Positions 25,916 through 38,299 of a stretch of 64,000 bases of DNA are shown piece after piece. Within the stretch, counting starts at the first letter, position 1; each line of letters starts with the position of its first letter. A program made the translations under genes and the position numbers. The notes below the pieces were generated by a model. The model made no database searches. It saw only the letters and a program-made list of their open reading frames with translations, and was not told the DNA's origin. Where the stretch lies: the NCBI GenBank assembly GCA_038087875.1, contig CM075988.1, positions 19,842,001 through 19,906,000 of the forward strand, given 5' to 3'. Source of the stretch: Malacoraja senta. Lineage: Eukaryota.

Positions 25916-28900
25916 CACTCTTGCTTGCATACCTCTTTAACAAAGAATTTGAAGCTGGCAAGGTTGCTGCTGCTCACAAATTCCCTGTGCAAAATAATTG
26001 TTCTCGTGTTGCCAACACAAGAGGTTCAATATCCACCATGTAAAACTGAATGAATGTTGAATGAAACAGAACTCTGAATGAAACAGAAATCCACTATTCA
26101 ACATTCATCAGTTCTACATGACAGATATTCATCCTCTTGTTTTGGCAATATGAGAACAAATAACTTGAACGTCACACCAGTAGGGATCAGTTTCAACTAC
26201 GTAAGAATTATCACGAATTATCACATCTGAACTGGAGAACACAAAAATCTTTATGGTAAACCAGCATCTGCAGTTCCTTGTGTCTTCAAAACTAAGTTTA
26301 AATGGACACAAAGTGCTGGAGTACCTCAGCAGGTCAGGCAACTAAGTTTAATTTGGTTTGATATTGGAAGAGAACAAATGTCTACAGCTTCAAGTCACGT
26401 ACTGTTCCTCATTATTTTCTTCCAGTGTTCATCAGAGGATGGGCAATATTTTTACAAATCCTTAGAAGCCAATTCTTGATGCATGAGTTACTGGCAATGT
26501 CCATTTTAATAAATTTTGACTTCACACCAAGTGTCATCGGACTCTTGGCACACTACTTGGCATACCTTGAGGAGATTTTGTGGTGGGGCAGTAAAATGAA
26601 GAAACAAGGAACTGCAGATGCTAGTTTACAAAAAGAAAAGACAAAGTACTGGTGTAACTCACAGGTCATGCAGCATCTCTGGAGAACATGGATGTTCCAA
26701 AGCAGTTTAATGCTGATGAAACACTTCTGGTGTGCTCACGACTGCAAGAAGCACAACCAATTTTCATATCACAAGCTGATAACGACCAAATGGTTGGTTT
26801 TAGGAATGCCTACCATAGTTTATATATTCACCAGGACACCAGGAAGACCTACAAAAGAGTGCCGTGGCATCTTTAACATCCACTGAGAGATCTTGGTTGA
26901 AGATCTCTTCTGAAAGACATCGAGGCATGCCTTCAGAACTGTACTGGAGAGTTCGAGCGAGTCTGAAGAAGGGTCCCAACCCAAATCGTGGCCCATCCAT
27001 TTCCTCCACAGATGCTGCCTGACCTGCGGAGTCACTCCAGCACTTTGTGTTTTACTCATGATTCCTTGTGTCTCCAGTTAGTGACAGTTTTTATGTTCAC
27101 TCATCTCTTTGGCTGGAGCAAAGTCATCAGAATGGAAACACAGAAGTGAAGTGCAGCAAGTGGCTGGTAGCAGAACAAGTTTAGCTCTAATAGCTCAGCA
27201 CAAATTTCTGCAAGAGATATATCTTCTTCACTGTTGATAGTCAGATCAAATGAATTCGGGAACTTGACCTGTTGAGATTCATTGGGAGACACTTGATTAC
27301 ATTCTCTGTGCTATATTTTGTACATAGTTACCAATTAATGTGTAAAATGGAACACTTCTGCCTCTGCCTGTAGCACAATTTCTCATTGGAAACAGATTAA
27401 TCCAAACGTAGGGATCACACAAAGGAAAATATCTTAATAGAACATTCACAATTACAACTGAAAGCTCTTTGAATACAAAATGTGTTGCTTTTTTTTTTAA
27501 AACAACTTAGTTTCAAGTGATTCACATTCTATTCATAATGATAGAATTGAAAAAAAAATGGTATTCAGTCATTGGTAAAAAGAGATCAGATCTTTAATAA
27601 TTATGCAAATTGAGTTCTATTAAGAACAATGGCAGCAGCAATTGAAAGCAGCATTCCTTCAAAAGGGAATAATCTTCAAAGTAATTTAATACTTTCACTT
27701 TCCACTGTCTTATCGTCGTGAACCACATCTCCAACAGTACCTAATGCAAACCATGCGATTAGGAAATTAAAGATTTGCAAGTATTTGAATATTTAAATTC
27801 TGGTTTGTGCTGGCAGTAGAGTACTTGGTTTGTTCTGTGCTAAGGGAAGCAGCACTTTACTAGTGGTCTCTCCAAAAGAAGCTTCGAGGCAACTTCTGGG
27901 CCCTCACGCTCAGTGGGCTGCTGGTTCCATAGTTCAGACTGAGAGCAGTGCAGGACACTGGAGGAAACAGCAATGCAACAAATGTGAGAGAAAGTTCCCT
28001 GTTGCTGGAGTTATTGCATGCCATACATGGCTCAACTCCTGCCAGAACCTAAGCCAGGAGTGTCAAAGGAAGCTGAACTAAACACCATTCCGCCGAATTT
28101 CTTCCAGTGACTAGTTGGTGTTGTAATTGATACATAGAATATCGAACAACACAGCACAGTACAAGGTTCTCTGTTCTCATCTGCCTGCACGTGATCCATA
28201 TCCCTCCATTCCCTGGATAGCCAAGTGCCCATGTAAAAGCCTCTTGAATGCCACTTTTGTATCTGCCTCCACCACCACCTCAGGTGGTGCATTTCAGGCA
28301 CTCACACCTTTTGTGTTAAAAAACGTACCCTGCATATCTCCTGCAAACTTTGCCCCTCTCACAATGGTAACATTTAAAGATATTTGGGCAGGTACATGGA
28401 TAGGAAAGGTTTGGAGGGATATGGGCCAAACACAGGGAAAATGGGACTGGCTCAGTTAAAAACCTGATTAGCATGGATGAATTGGACTGAGGGGCCTGTT
28501 TCTGTGTTGTATGTCTCTGTGACTGCAAATCCTCTTTAATAATTCATTAATCCTACACAGAAATGCTGCAAGACTTAATTTAAAACAAAAAGGTTTCGGC
28601 AAATAGCGACTGCCTGTCACTAACTGCATTGCCTCATGCTCTATGAATTGAAGATGGTCCCCTCCCAGTGACAATGTTGAATGATGATAATAGCGACACA
28701 GCTTCAATTGTGACCATTTTCAAAACAATGAATCTATTCATGCAGAAGCAAGAATTAAACTTTGGGAAAAAACAACTCAATGATATTCCAACACTCCATA
28801 ACTGCACTCCTGAGGTAAACAAAAATTACTGTGGAGATTGTTTTCCCCAAATAAGGACAATTAAACTAAGGGAGATATAGAACCCCTACCTCAGCAAAAC

Positions 28901-30339
28901 TCAGTTCTTAAAAAATAGGCATAGTGTTCTAATTGATAGATTAGGCGCAGCCCCGCACATCCTGACCATGACCCGGGGAACAAGACAATCCGTGTGTTGG
29001 CTGCTTCCAAGATGGCGCCCAATCCAAGCGACTATTTGTGTGCTAGCCACAGAAGTAGATCTACAATCAAATACTACAATCGCTCCACACTCTTAAATCT
29101 CTGCACAGTAAATGGCTCGATTGTAAACATGTATTGTCTTTCAGCTGGCCGGTTAGCACGCAACAAAAGCTTTTCAGTGTACCTCGGTACACGTGACAAT
29201 AGTCTAAACTGAACTGAGCAGACCTTCTATCACTGAACAACAATACTAGATCTGGATCTGTGAACAGAATACCACATCCAAATGGTGTGGGGATGCAGTC
29301 TCTTCCCGCGGCTTCACAACCCCAATGAAGATCAATCAGGGCCAGTCCGTGACACTCCACTAACTCAACACGTCACCAAACCAGCAGCCAGCTCTGATTT
29401 ATCTCAACCTCGCACATGTTAACTGCGTTCTCAGAGAATTATAGAAACATTCAGAACAGAAACAGGCCCTAGGTAAATAAGGGTTGGTCTTGGCATCATG
29501 TTCGGCACAGACATTGTGGGCCGAAGGGCCTGTTCATGTGCTGTACTGGTCTACCTTCTATGTTGAGAAGAGGAAAGAGTTGAAATGTGCCGAGTCCTGA
29601 GGGGGGAAATAGTGGGTGTCCATGGGTTATGAACGGGCTCAGTTTTTATAGATATCCACATGTCAGAAAACGCACACACAAACAAATCACTTGATATGGT
29701 AACCATACCTCCATAGTATTGTAGTGAATGGTGTTGATGAGCGACAATTAACATGAACATGTCTTCCTCTGCCCAGTTACAGTCAGATCCCCAGAATCAA
29801 TGGCTGGCTTTAATGGACCTGAGGTATCCGTGGATGTTACACTGTTCACCCTACGACTCGCCTCATCCGGACTCTTCATGGTGCCTACCTTCACCAAATT
29901 CGCAGATATTTTCCTTAGCTTGGATGCACACAACTTCAATACACTCATGAAGCCACTAAAAACTATTTGCAACTTCCCAAAAATAAATGTGTACATATGA
30001 ATATCCATTTACATGAGGGCGGACTGCCCAATGAAACTACATTGATAAATGTATGTCCGTAGCCCTCTTGCTGATCAAACTGTCTGTCGGTGTTACACAT
30101 CATTCACTTTATTCACTACAGATTCACGGGCAACTGAATGATCCCAATTGTCACCTGTCCATTTCCCTCCACAGATACTGCCTGACTCACAGAGTTCTTC
30201 CAGCAGGTATTTTTTTACCCAAGAAAGTAAATATACTGATGAGCATTTTTAAATAATGCATCATTGTGAAGGGATAGGATTAGGTTGCTGGTGATATGGA
30301 TGCCTAAGAACTTGAAGCTATTATCAGGTATCATGGATA

Positions 30340-30725
30340 AGACACAAAATGCTGGAGTAACTCAGCAGGTCAGGCAGCATCTCTGGAGAAAAGGAATAGG
30401 TGATGTTTCGGGTCAAGCCCCTTCTTCAGACTGAGAATCAGGGGAGAGGGAAACTAGAGGTATGAAAAGGTACAGAACAAATCAGAGCAGGCACTGATGA
30501 CTCAGGAAACATGTAGTCCACAATGGTCCATTGTTGGCTGGTGAATTGATAACAAAGAGATAAGTTTGTTCGTTTTCCTGACTCTCAGTCTGAAGAAGGG
30601 TCTCAACCCAAAATGTCACTGATTCCTTTTATCCAAAGATGCTGCCTGACCCGCTAAGTTACTCCAGCTTTTTGTGCCTATCTTCTATGTAAACCTGCAT
30701 CTGTGCCTGCACAATCCTTCCTGCA
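30340..30725. mobile_element. Penelope-like fold-back unit with two inverted hammerhead-bearing arms
   Basis: gacacaaaatgctggagtaactcagcaggtcaggcagcatc...cttcttcagactgag mirrored by ctcagtctgaagaaggg...gatgctgcctgacccgctaagttactccagctttttgtgcc. Confidence 0.85.
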
Positions 30726-31014
30726 CATCAGTTATCAATGCATATTTCAAATGCCTGCAAGTATATATTTGTCATTGAAGGATTGCTTGAGGCAGAAATA
30801 TATTATTAGCTCACAGAACATCCAAATGTAAATATCTAATTTATATCAATATCCATTTTATATGCAAGCGCAGTTACAGTGAAGTATTTAGAAAACTTGT
30901 CCATGACTAATGAGGTGCAATCTTGTTCTGCAAGCTAATAACATATTTCTGCCTCAAGTAATCTTTCAATGACAAATAAACACCTATAGGCATTTGAAAT
31001 GTGCATTGATAAGT

Positions 31015-31770
31015 AATAATAACAGCTTCAAGTTCTTTGGCATCCATATCACCAGCAACCTAACCCTATCCCTTCACAATGATGCAGTGTTCAAGAAAGT
31101 GAATCGGCGTAGTTAAAAAATAACCTGCTGGAGGAACTCAGTGAGCCAGGCAGTATCTGTGGAGGGAAAAGGACAGGTGACGTTTCAGATCGGGCCATTC
31201 TTCACGACTTTACCTTTCTTATGCATCTGAGAAGATTTGGTATGACCATGAGGATTCTTTCTTGCATCTACAGATATGAGATAAAGAGTATTCTATGCAT
31301 CTCAGCCTGGTATGACAACTCCTCTGCTCTTGACCACCTGAACCTGCAGAGTGGTGAACATAGCCCAGTCCATCATAGGCTCATCACTTCCTTTCATCCA
31401 GTCCATTTTCTTGGTGCATTGCATCAGGACGGCTGCAAGTATCATCAAGGATGCCTGCCACCCTGATCATTCCCTTTTCCCACTTCTACCTTCTGGGAGA
31501 GGATACAGGAGCTTGAAAGCCCAGACATCTAGACTTAGGAACAACTTCTTCCCAACCTATCACCTCTCTCTGAGATGCTGTCACATACTCTTACTATTAA
31601 CAGTACTGCAATCAGTTATTCTGTTATTGCATTTTTTTTACACAACCATGCACCATTAAACTGCTGCTTTTCAATCGTCATTATATTGTATCTATACCGT
31701 TTATTCTGTGAGCCTTGGGCGCTCGAGGAATATCATTGCCTCCTGGTGCATATGACAATAAACTAAAGCT
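31015..31770 (+). mobile_element. Degraded Rex1/Babar 3' part
   Basis: ORF 31351-31659 AASIIKDACHPDHSLFPLLPSGRGYRSLKAQTSRLRNNFFP. Confidence 0.85.
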
Positions 31771-33221
31771 GAATTACTAAGAAATACAAAAGGAGAGGGA
31801 ACCAATTGTGATGTGTATTTGGGGCAGAGTAGAGAACAGTGAGCGCAGATTATATAGTCCTTCAAACTTGCTGGGTAACTCAATAAGAAGATGGCTAATC
31901 GTCCCAGAGGGAACAGGAACTAGATTAGGTCACTCAGCGCAGGAGCGATGCGTGATTCCATAATGTACAGGATCCACCTTACCTTATAATGACATAGAAT
32001 AAGGCTGTTTGGCCCATCAGGTCCATGCTGGCTTCAAGGCGAGCAATTTTATTCATGCCAAGACCCTCATTGTAAATCTACACAAAGGGTTAATTTACAA
32101 TGGACAATTCACCACCAATACATTTTCAGTATGTGGATGGGAACCAGAGCACCCAAAGGAAACCCAAGCATCAAGAACAAAACTCGTAAAATTGCAGCAG
32201 AGAGCACTGAAGGCCCATAGACTCTTTTACGTGTCTATGATATAACGTAAAAGAGAAACAGCTGATGGATTTCTTGCAAAGGATAAGTTTCTCCTCCCTG
32301 GTTAAATCACAGATGAGATTTTTTTTTTGCTCCAATATAATACAAAATCAAAATACAACACATGATAACATCCAAGGTGGGCAAAATTGAAAGCGTTGTC
32401 TAGGACAGATTTTATGCACATACACTCACTTTAGCGAAGTATGCCTGGAACACAGTCATGGATGGTGGTGGCCGCAGATATGATAGCGGCATTTAGTAGG
32501 TGTTTGGATAGGCACATTGATATGCAGGCAATGGAAGGATATGGATCATGTGCAGTCAGAGGAGATTAAGTTAAATTTGGAATCATGTTCTGCACAGCAT
32601 TGTGGGCAGAAGGGCCTGTTCCTGTGCTGTACTGTTTTATTACTAAAGCAAAAAGCACTGGAGATGTACAACAGCCCAGTGTCGGAAGAGTGAGATTTAA
32701 CGTTCCAGGGACAAATGGATGAACTGTGCTCCTCTCTCCACAGCTGCTGCCTGACCCATTTTTATTTTCGTTCTCTGTTGCCGTATGGCGAGTCTCAGCA
32801 CAGCTCGTTAATCAGGTCTCCTAGATCCTACAGCAATTAACTACCTCAGCACTAACATCGTGACATTTATCTTCTCTGATATATAAAGATAAATCCAACC
32901 TACCTTTTTCAGGACAGTTAAGTGAAACAATTGGATTGCACGCCATGAACTTATCTTCAAACCAGAAGAATTGTTCAGGAACAACAGGGCATTTAACCCC
33001 AAATCCAAAAAGAAACAGCAGTCAGGATTTCCATCTGATTTTCCCATTTTCATGCTGATTCGATTCTGCAGGATATTAAGAGGGTGCAGTTGAAAATATC
33101 AGAACATCATCAGTCCCATTTTTATACACTTCATGTTTTTTTTTAAACGTGGCCCAAAATTCTGGGAGGAAACAAGATGCCTTGACTCTGATTCAGACTG
33201 CAGAAATTAAGCACAGCCTTA

Positions 33222-33447
33222 AGGGCCTGTCCCACTTTCACGATCTAATTCACGACCTTTTTTACTCGTGGACATTTTTCATCGTGTTGAAAAAACGCCC
33301 CGACCTACTTGATGTCACGAGTAGGTACGACTAGCATCACGACCTGCTACGACCTCCTACGACCTCGTGACGACTATGCTGCGAGTATGAGTCAAGGGCA
33401 AACTCGGCAGAGGTCGTGAATTAGGTTGTGAAAGTGGGACAGGCCCT
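33222..33447. mobile_element. PIF/Harbinger-type MITE
   Basis: ~36-bp TIRs AGGGCCTGTCCCACTTTCACGATCTAATTCACGACC / GGTCGTGAATTAGGTTGTGAAAGTGGGACAGGCCCT; TTA on both sides; internal ACGACC repeats. Confidence 0.9.
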
Positions 33448-33985
33448 TTACCTGTTACAACAACCAATCAATTAGTGGGAGTAAAATGTAGAAGCAAGGA
33501 ATTGTAGATGCTGGTTTACAAAAATAGACACTAAGTCAAACAGGGATTTCTTTAAGATAGTTAATCTTTCACTGATCACTGCCTTGGTAGCAGCAGAACC
33601 CATCAGGAGTGAGTTAATCCTCATTACAAACACTTTCACCTGCAGTATTGTGTGAATCGTTAAAAGTTAAGTGCTTCTGTTTCAAGCTCAGAATTTTGTT
33701 CAGAATCTAGAAAGTTGGGTTAAGAAGATTATTCACGTTTTGAACCTTTGAATTATGCTGCAAGTACCTCTCATAGATCTTTTACAACAAAGTTCTCCTT
33801 GGATTCCGATGTGTGACATTAAAGGAGCCTTAACTTCTACCTCTGTGTTAATATAAAGCTTCTCTTTTGCATTACAAAGTAAGAGTTGTATTTATAAATC
33901 CTCTATCGCAAGCTCAGTGCATGCCAAGGATTACCAGCCAAGTAATACATGAAATTACAGAGCTAATCAGCAGAGAAACAGAAGA

Positions 33986-34225
33986 TGGACACAAAATGCT
34001 GGAGTAACTCAGAAGGTCAGGCAGCATCTCTGGAGAAAAAGAATAGATGACATTTCAGGTCGAGACCCTTTTGCAGACTGCGAAACTCTCAATCTGAAGA
34101 ATGGGTCTTGACCCGAAACGTCACCTATTCCTTCTCTCCAGACATGCTGCCTGGTCCGCTGAGTTGCTCCAGCATTTTGTGTCGATTTTCGGTGTAAACC
34201 AGCATCTGCAGTTCATTTCAACACA
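33986..34225. mobile_element. Penelope-like fold-back unit
   Basis: Two ~95-bp inverted arms separated by about 12 bp. Confidence 0.85.
34094..34122 (+). ncRNA. Minimal type I hammerhead ribozyme motif (Penelope-associated)
   Basis: CTGAAGA-at-GGGTC-tt-GACCC-GAAACGTC: CUGANGA box, stem II, GAAA box, palindromic ACGU in place of stem III, GUC cleavage triplet. Confidence 0.55.
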
Positions 34226-36919
34226 GCAGAGAAACAGACCATTGCCAACAAAGTTGCTTAACTCAGCTAGTCCCACATGCTGGCACTTGATCCACATCCC
34301 TTCAAACATTTCCTATTTATGTTATCTTTTAAATGCCATAATTGTACCCGCCTCTCCCATTTCCAGTGACATCTCGTTCCACATACCCACCACCCTCAAT
34401 TTCTCGCCTGTGTGAAAGATTTGATCCTCGGCTTCCTTTTGAAACTTCCCCACTCACCGTAAACCTATGGCCTTTAAAGTCATAGTCATACTTTCAATGT
34501 GCAGCTATGGTTGTAATGTAGTAAATGCAGTAGCAGATTTGTGCACTGCAAGCTCCCATGAGCAGTGATGGTGATTCGGTACTTTTTGTAGTTAATTTGA
34601 TGATAAATATTGGCCAGGATACTGGAGATAAGTAAAATTAATATCCTTCAGGGGCACTAATAATGCCTCTTCAAATCATCATCCAAAATACATCACTTGT
34701 AGTACTCCTTTACATGAAGCTTTGATTTTTTTCCATTAAAGTTCCAGGAGCGGAATATGAATGTTACTTCTTCTGCCTTAGTAATGAAGATGCAACACAG
34801 TAATCAGCAGGTCTAATCAAGTTTGGGGCATGGATAAAGTGAACGCTCAGAGTCTTTTTCCCAGGGTAGAGGTTTCCAAAATTAGAAGCCATAGGTTTAA
34901 GGTGAGAGGGGGGATATTTAAGAGGGAGCTCAGGGCAGTTTTTTCATTCAGTGGGTAAATCCGAGTAGCTTTTAAATGTTGTTATCGTACCTTCCTCAAC
35001 TACTGCCTCTGGCATCCCATTCCATATACCCACTGCCCTCTGTGTGAAAAAGTTGCCTTTGAGCCCCCTCTTAAATATCTCCCCTCTCACCTCAATGCTC
35101 TGGCCTCTAGTTCTTAATTCCCCTACTTTAGGAAAAAGTCACCCGTTACGTGTCCCATTGGTTACTGTAAAATAAGAACATTTAATTTATTTATTCATTA
35201 AGCAATGTACCCTGTAATTTAACTTAGATTAACCTCATCTAATTTTCCAACTGATTGGACAAATCCCATGTAAATGGATTTGTATGTAAATGAATCATTG
35301 CTATTACTTTTACTCATGGGCCAGTTTTTGGCCACCAGGAAGTAATCCGATAATTGACAGGTTCACAGGTCTAGTTCAGAACATGAAGCTCAGGTTTCGC
35401 CTCACACTGAACAAACCTTAGGTTGCGAGCTACAGCAAACATTGCCTCTCCAAATGGAGTTTGGACTAAATCAAACAGTGGCACAGCGGTAGAGCTTTTG
35501 CCCTACAGCACCAGAGACCTGGGTTCGATCCTAACTACGGGTGCTGTCTGTATGCTCTCCCTGAGGTCACCAGTGTTTTCTCTGGGTGCTCCGGTATCCT
35601 CCCACATTCCAAAGACGTGCAGGTTTGCGGGTTAATTGCTGGTAGAGCTCACATCGCCAGAGACTCGCGATATCGGGTGTTCTCTGTGTGGAGTTAGCAG
35701 GTGCAAGGACCCACACCGCTCTGGCCACACTCTCATTTCACTCCTACCATCGGGAAAAAGTCTGAAAACTCTGACTTCCTGATTTAAGAATTACTTGAAA
35801 ACAATAGTCACCACAGTGTAATAACAGTGTTCCTTTCATATATAGTATCCATAATACTTAGTTGCTGTAAATAAAGCAAGAAAACATTTGATAAATGTGA
35901 ATTAAGCTATATTCTAGATGTCATCATTTGTAAATCCTTGTTCCCAACCCACACAATTAACAAGAAAAGGATGGGAATCAGTCTCAAGATTAATCACTAA
36001 TGGCTGCTTCTAATTGAAATTTCCTAAGCAGCCATTTAAAAGATTTGCATTTATAATTTAGTTCAATTCTTAATGCTTCAACTACCACTTGTGTTTCTGT
36101 TATTTCTTAACAGTTTATATCAGGAGCTTCCAAGGCCAGGATGAGAGGAGGAGCAGAGGTGGATATCAGTCCCTTTGTGCCACTTCCAAGCAACTTTTAT
36201 AATGGAGAATAAATAGGATCCCAGTATCCTGCTAATCTGAAAAGCAGAGACACAAGGAACTGCAGATGCTGGAATCTTGAGTAAAACACAAAGTGCTGGA
36301 GTGACTCAATAGGTCAGGTAGCATTGGTCGAGAGAACAGACATCGTCTGTCCATTCCCTCCACAGATGCTACCTGACCCGATGATTCCCCTTGCACTTTA
36401 TTTTTAGCAATCTGAAAAGCACCAATTTCATTCCTGATTCATTGGTTATCCCTGTATCAGTAATGTCAATTTTCCCGGTTAAAACGTGAACATTTAAACA
36501 ACAGATATCCTGAAAGAAAAACGTTGCACTTGTTGAGCACGTTCTCGCAGATATTAAAGGTAAAGACTTCTACAATGTCTTCCAAGATCTTAAGATGTCA
36601 CAAAATGCTGCGTGGCACAAGTCCTTCTGTGATGTGGCCACAGATGTAGCATTGGACATGCACCTACTCACTTGCACACAGCAAGATCCCACAACAGTAA
36701 TGGAGAGATAATAAAAGATTTTGGATACAATAGTCAAAGGATAAACATTGGTCACTTAAAAGTGGCACCATTGAGTCAAGCGTTGGACAGAACGAAAACA
36801 GGCCCTTCGGCCCACCTTGTCCACATCGAACAAGTTGGCACATTGGGCTAGTACATTTACCTGCATTTGGCCCATAGCCCTCTAAACGTTTCCTATCCAT
36901 ATATCTGTCTAAATTATAT

Positions 36920-37425
36920 CCGATTCTTACGCCTGACCCGCCAAGATCTGCTGGATCTCACGGTTGCTAATCATTTTAACTCCCCTTCCCATTCCCATAC
37001 TGACCTTTGTCTTACTAACATTTATTGTCAGAGCAAGGCCACACACTAACTGGAGGAACAGCACCTTATACTCCACATGGGATGCTTATAACCCAATGGA
37101 ATGAACATTGAATTCTACATTTTTTGGTAACTGACCTACAAACATCCCTCCCCCCTTTTCTCCCCCTCTCTTCCCTGTGCCATACCTCATTTATCTTCTT
37201 TCCCCTTCCCTCCATTCCTTCCACCATATCCATCCCCTGGTTGCACATTTCATGCCTCTTCTTCCCTTATCTTTTATCTCACATTTTTGTCTTTTCACGT
37301 CTAGCCCTTGTCCAACCATCAGCCAAACAAAAACCTCTCTCACACTGTATCCACCTATCACTTACCAGTCTTTGTCCCGCCTCCACCCATCTATCTCTCC
37401 CCTACGTCAATCAGTCTGAAGAACA
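36920..37425 (+). mobile_element. Penelope-like element: GIY-YIG endonuclease C-terminus and 3' UTR
   Basis: VANHFNSPSHSHTDL...CQSKATH*LEEQHLILHMGCL*PNGMNIEF, pyrimidine-rich UTR, ending in cagtctgaagaa (start of the hammerhead repeat). Confidence 0.85.
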
Positions 37426-38299
37426 GCTAGGCAGTGCTGCGGGTTAATCCACATCAGTCCAAACAATCCGTAAAAGCTACCAACATCTTGAAAATCTAAT
37501 GGCGTTCCCTCTTGCCAGGCTTCAGAAAATCCGCCAAAGGCACATACAATTCAAAGCGTGGAAGATGTCTCGCACGATACCAATGAGAAAATCAAACCAA
37601 AAGTGAAAGTCAAAGGAACCATCACCGACATGATTAACTGGCACAGCAATGAACATTGAAATTCTCTTTCAAACCCATCCCTCTATTGTTGACAGGGATG
37701 GTGAAGAGGTTGACAGCGGAAGTGGTTGCTGACATTGCCTGCTTGTCAGAACAAGAATTCAATCAAGATATTTCATTACATAGTGAGATATCTGATTAAT
37801 CCTCCTGTGCCAGTTTTATCAGACAAATGGGAAATATTAATCTCTGCCTTCATTCTTGGCTCTAGATATCCCAAACACCAAACTTCAACACATGTAACCA
37901 ATTGATACTGGGTAAATGGAAGTAGGACTGAGATATTCACTCTGATATGAAGAACAAAGTCTATGAAATTGCTTGACATGCACTGAATTGCTGTGAAACC
38001 TGCAGCCAATGAATATGAATGACGTTTGAAAAAACACATTTTCTCCTGACAATTGTCCACAGGTAAGAAAAAAAATCTTTTGTTTTCTGATCATAGGAAT
38101 ATTCTTTCCGCCCTCTTTTATTTTCTTTATTGACCTGATGGGCCAGATGCATGTAAATGGGACCATTCAGAATGCCAACTTGGTCAAAACAGGCAAGTTG
38201 GGCCCAAAAGGCCCATTTCCATGCTGTACAGATCTATGACCCTAATAGGAGCGAAAATGGATGACATAAACAAAAGTCAAGCAGCACAAAGGATTAAAG

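Larger units (their letters stand above)
22860..28080 (+). mobile_element. Very ancient Gypsy-like LTR retrotransposon pol, fragmented by later insertions
   Basis: Motif remnants in pol order: KKDAYQL (~23180), GF..SFRALASIMLRG (~23330-23400), DAN..LCACL..PVEY and LWARDHL (~24090-24340), QHKRFNIHH (~26015), LWW (~26580), CAHDC (~26730), ILVEDLF*K..HAF (~26890), KFLQEI..SDQ (~27200-27250), QT*G..NRT (~27405-27445). Confidence 0.45.

Noticed and set aside
27101..27292. Protein-like minus-strand ORF (EEDISLAEICAELLEL...)
   Set aside because: No convincing splice sites or recognisable family; lies antisense to the inferred integrase remnant.
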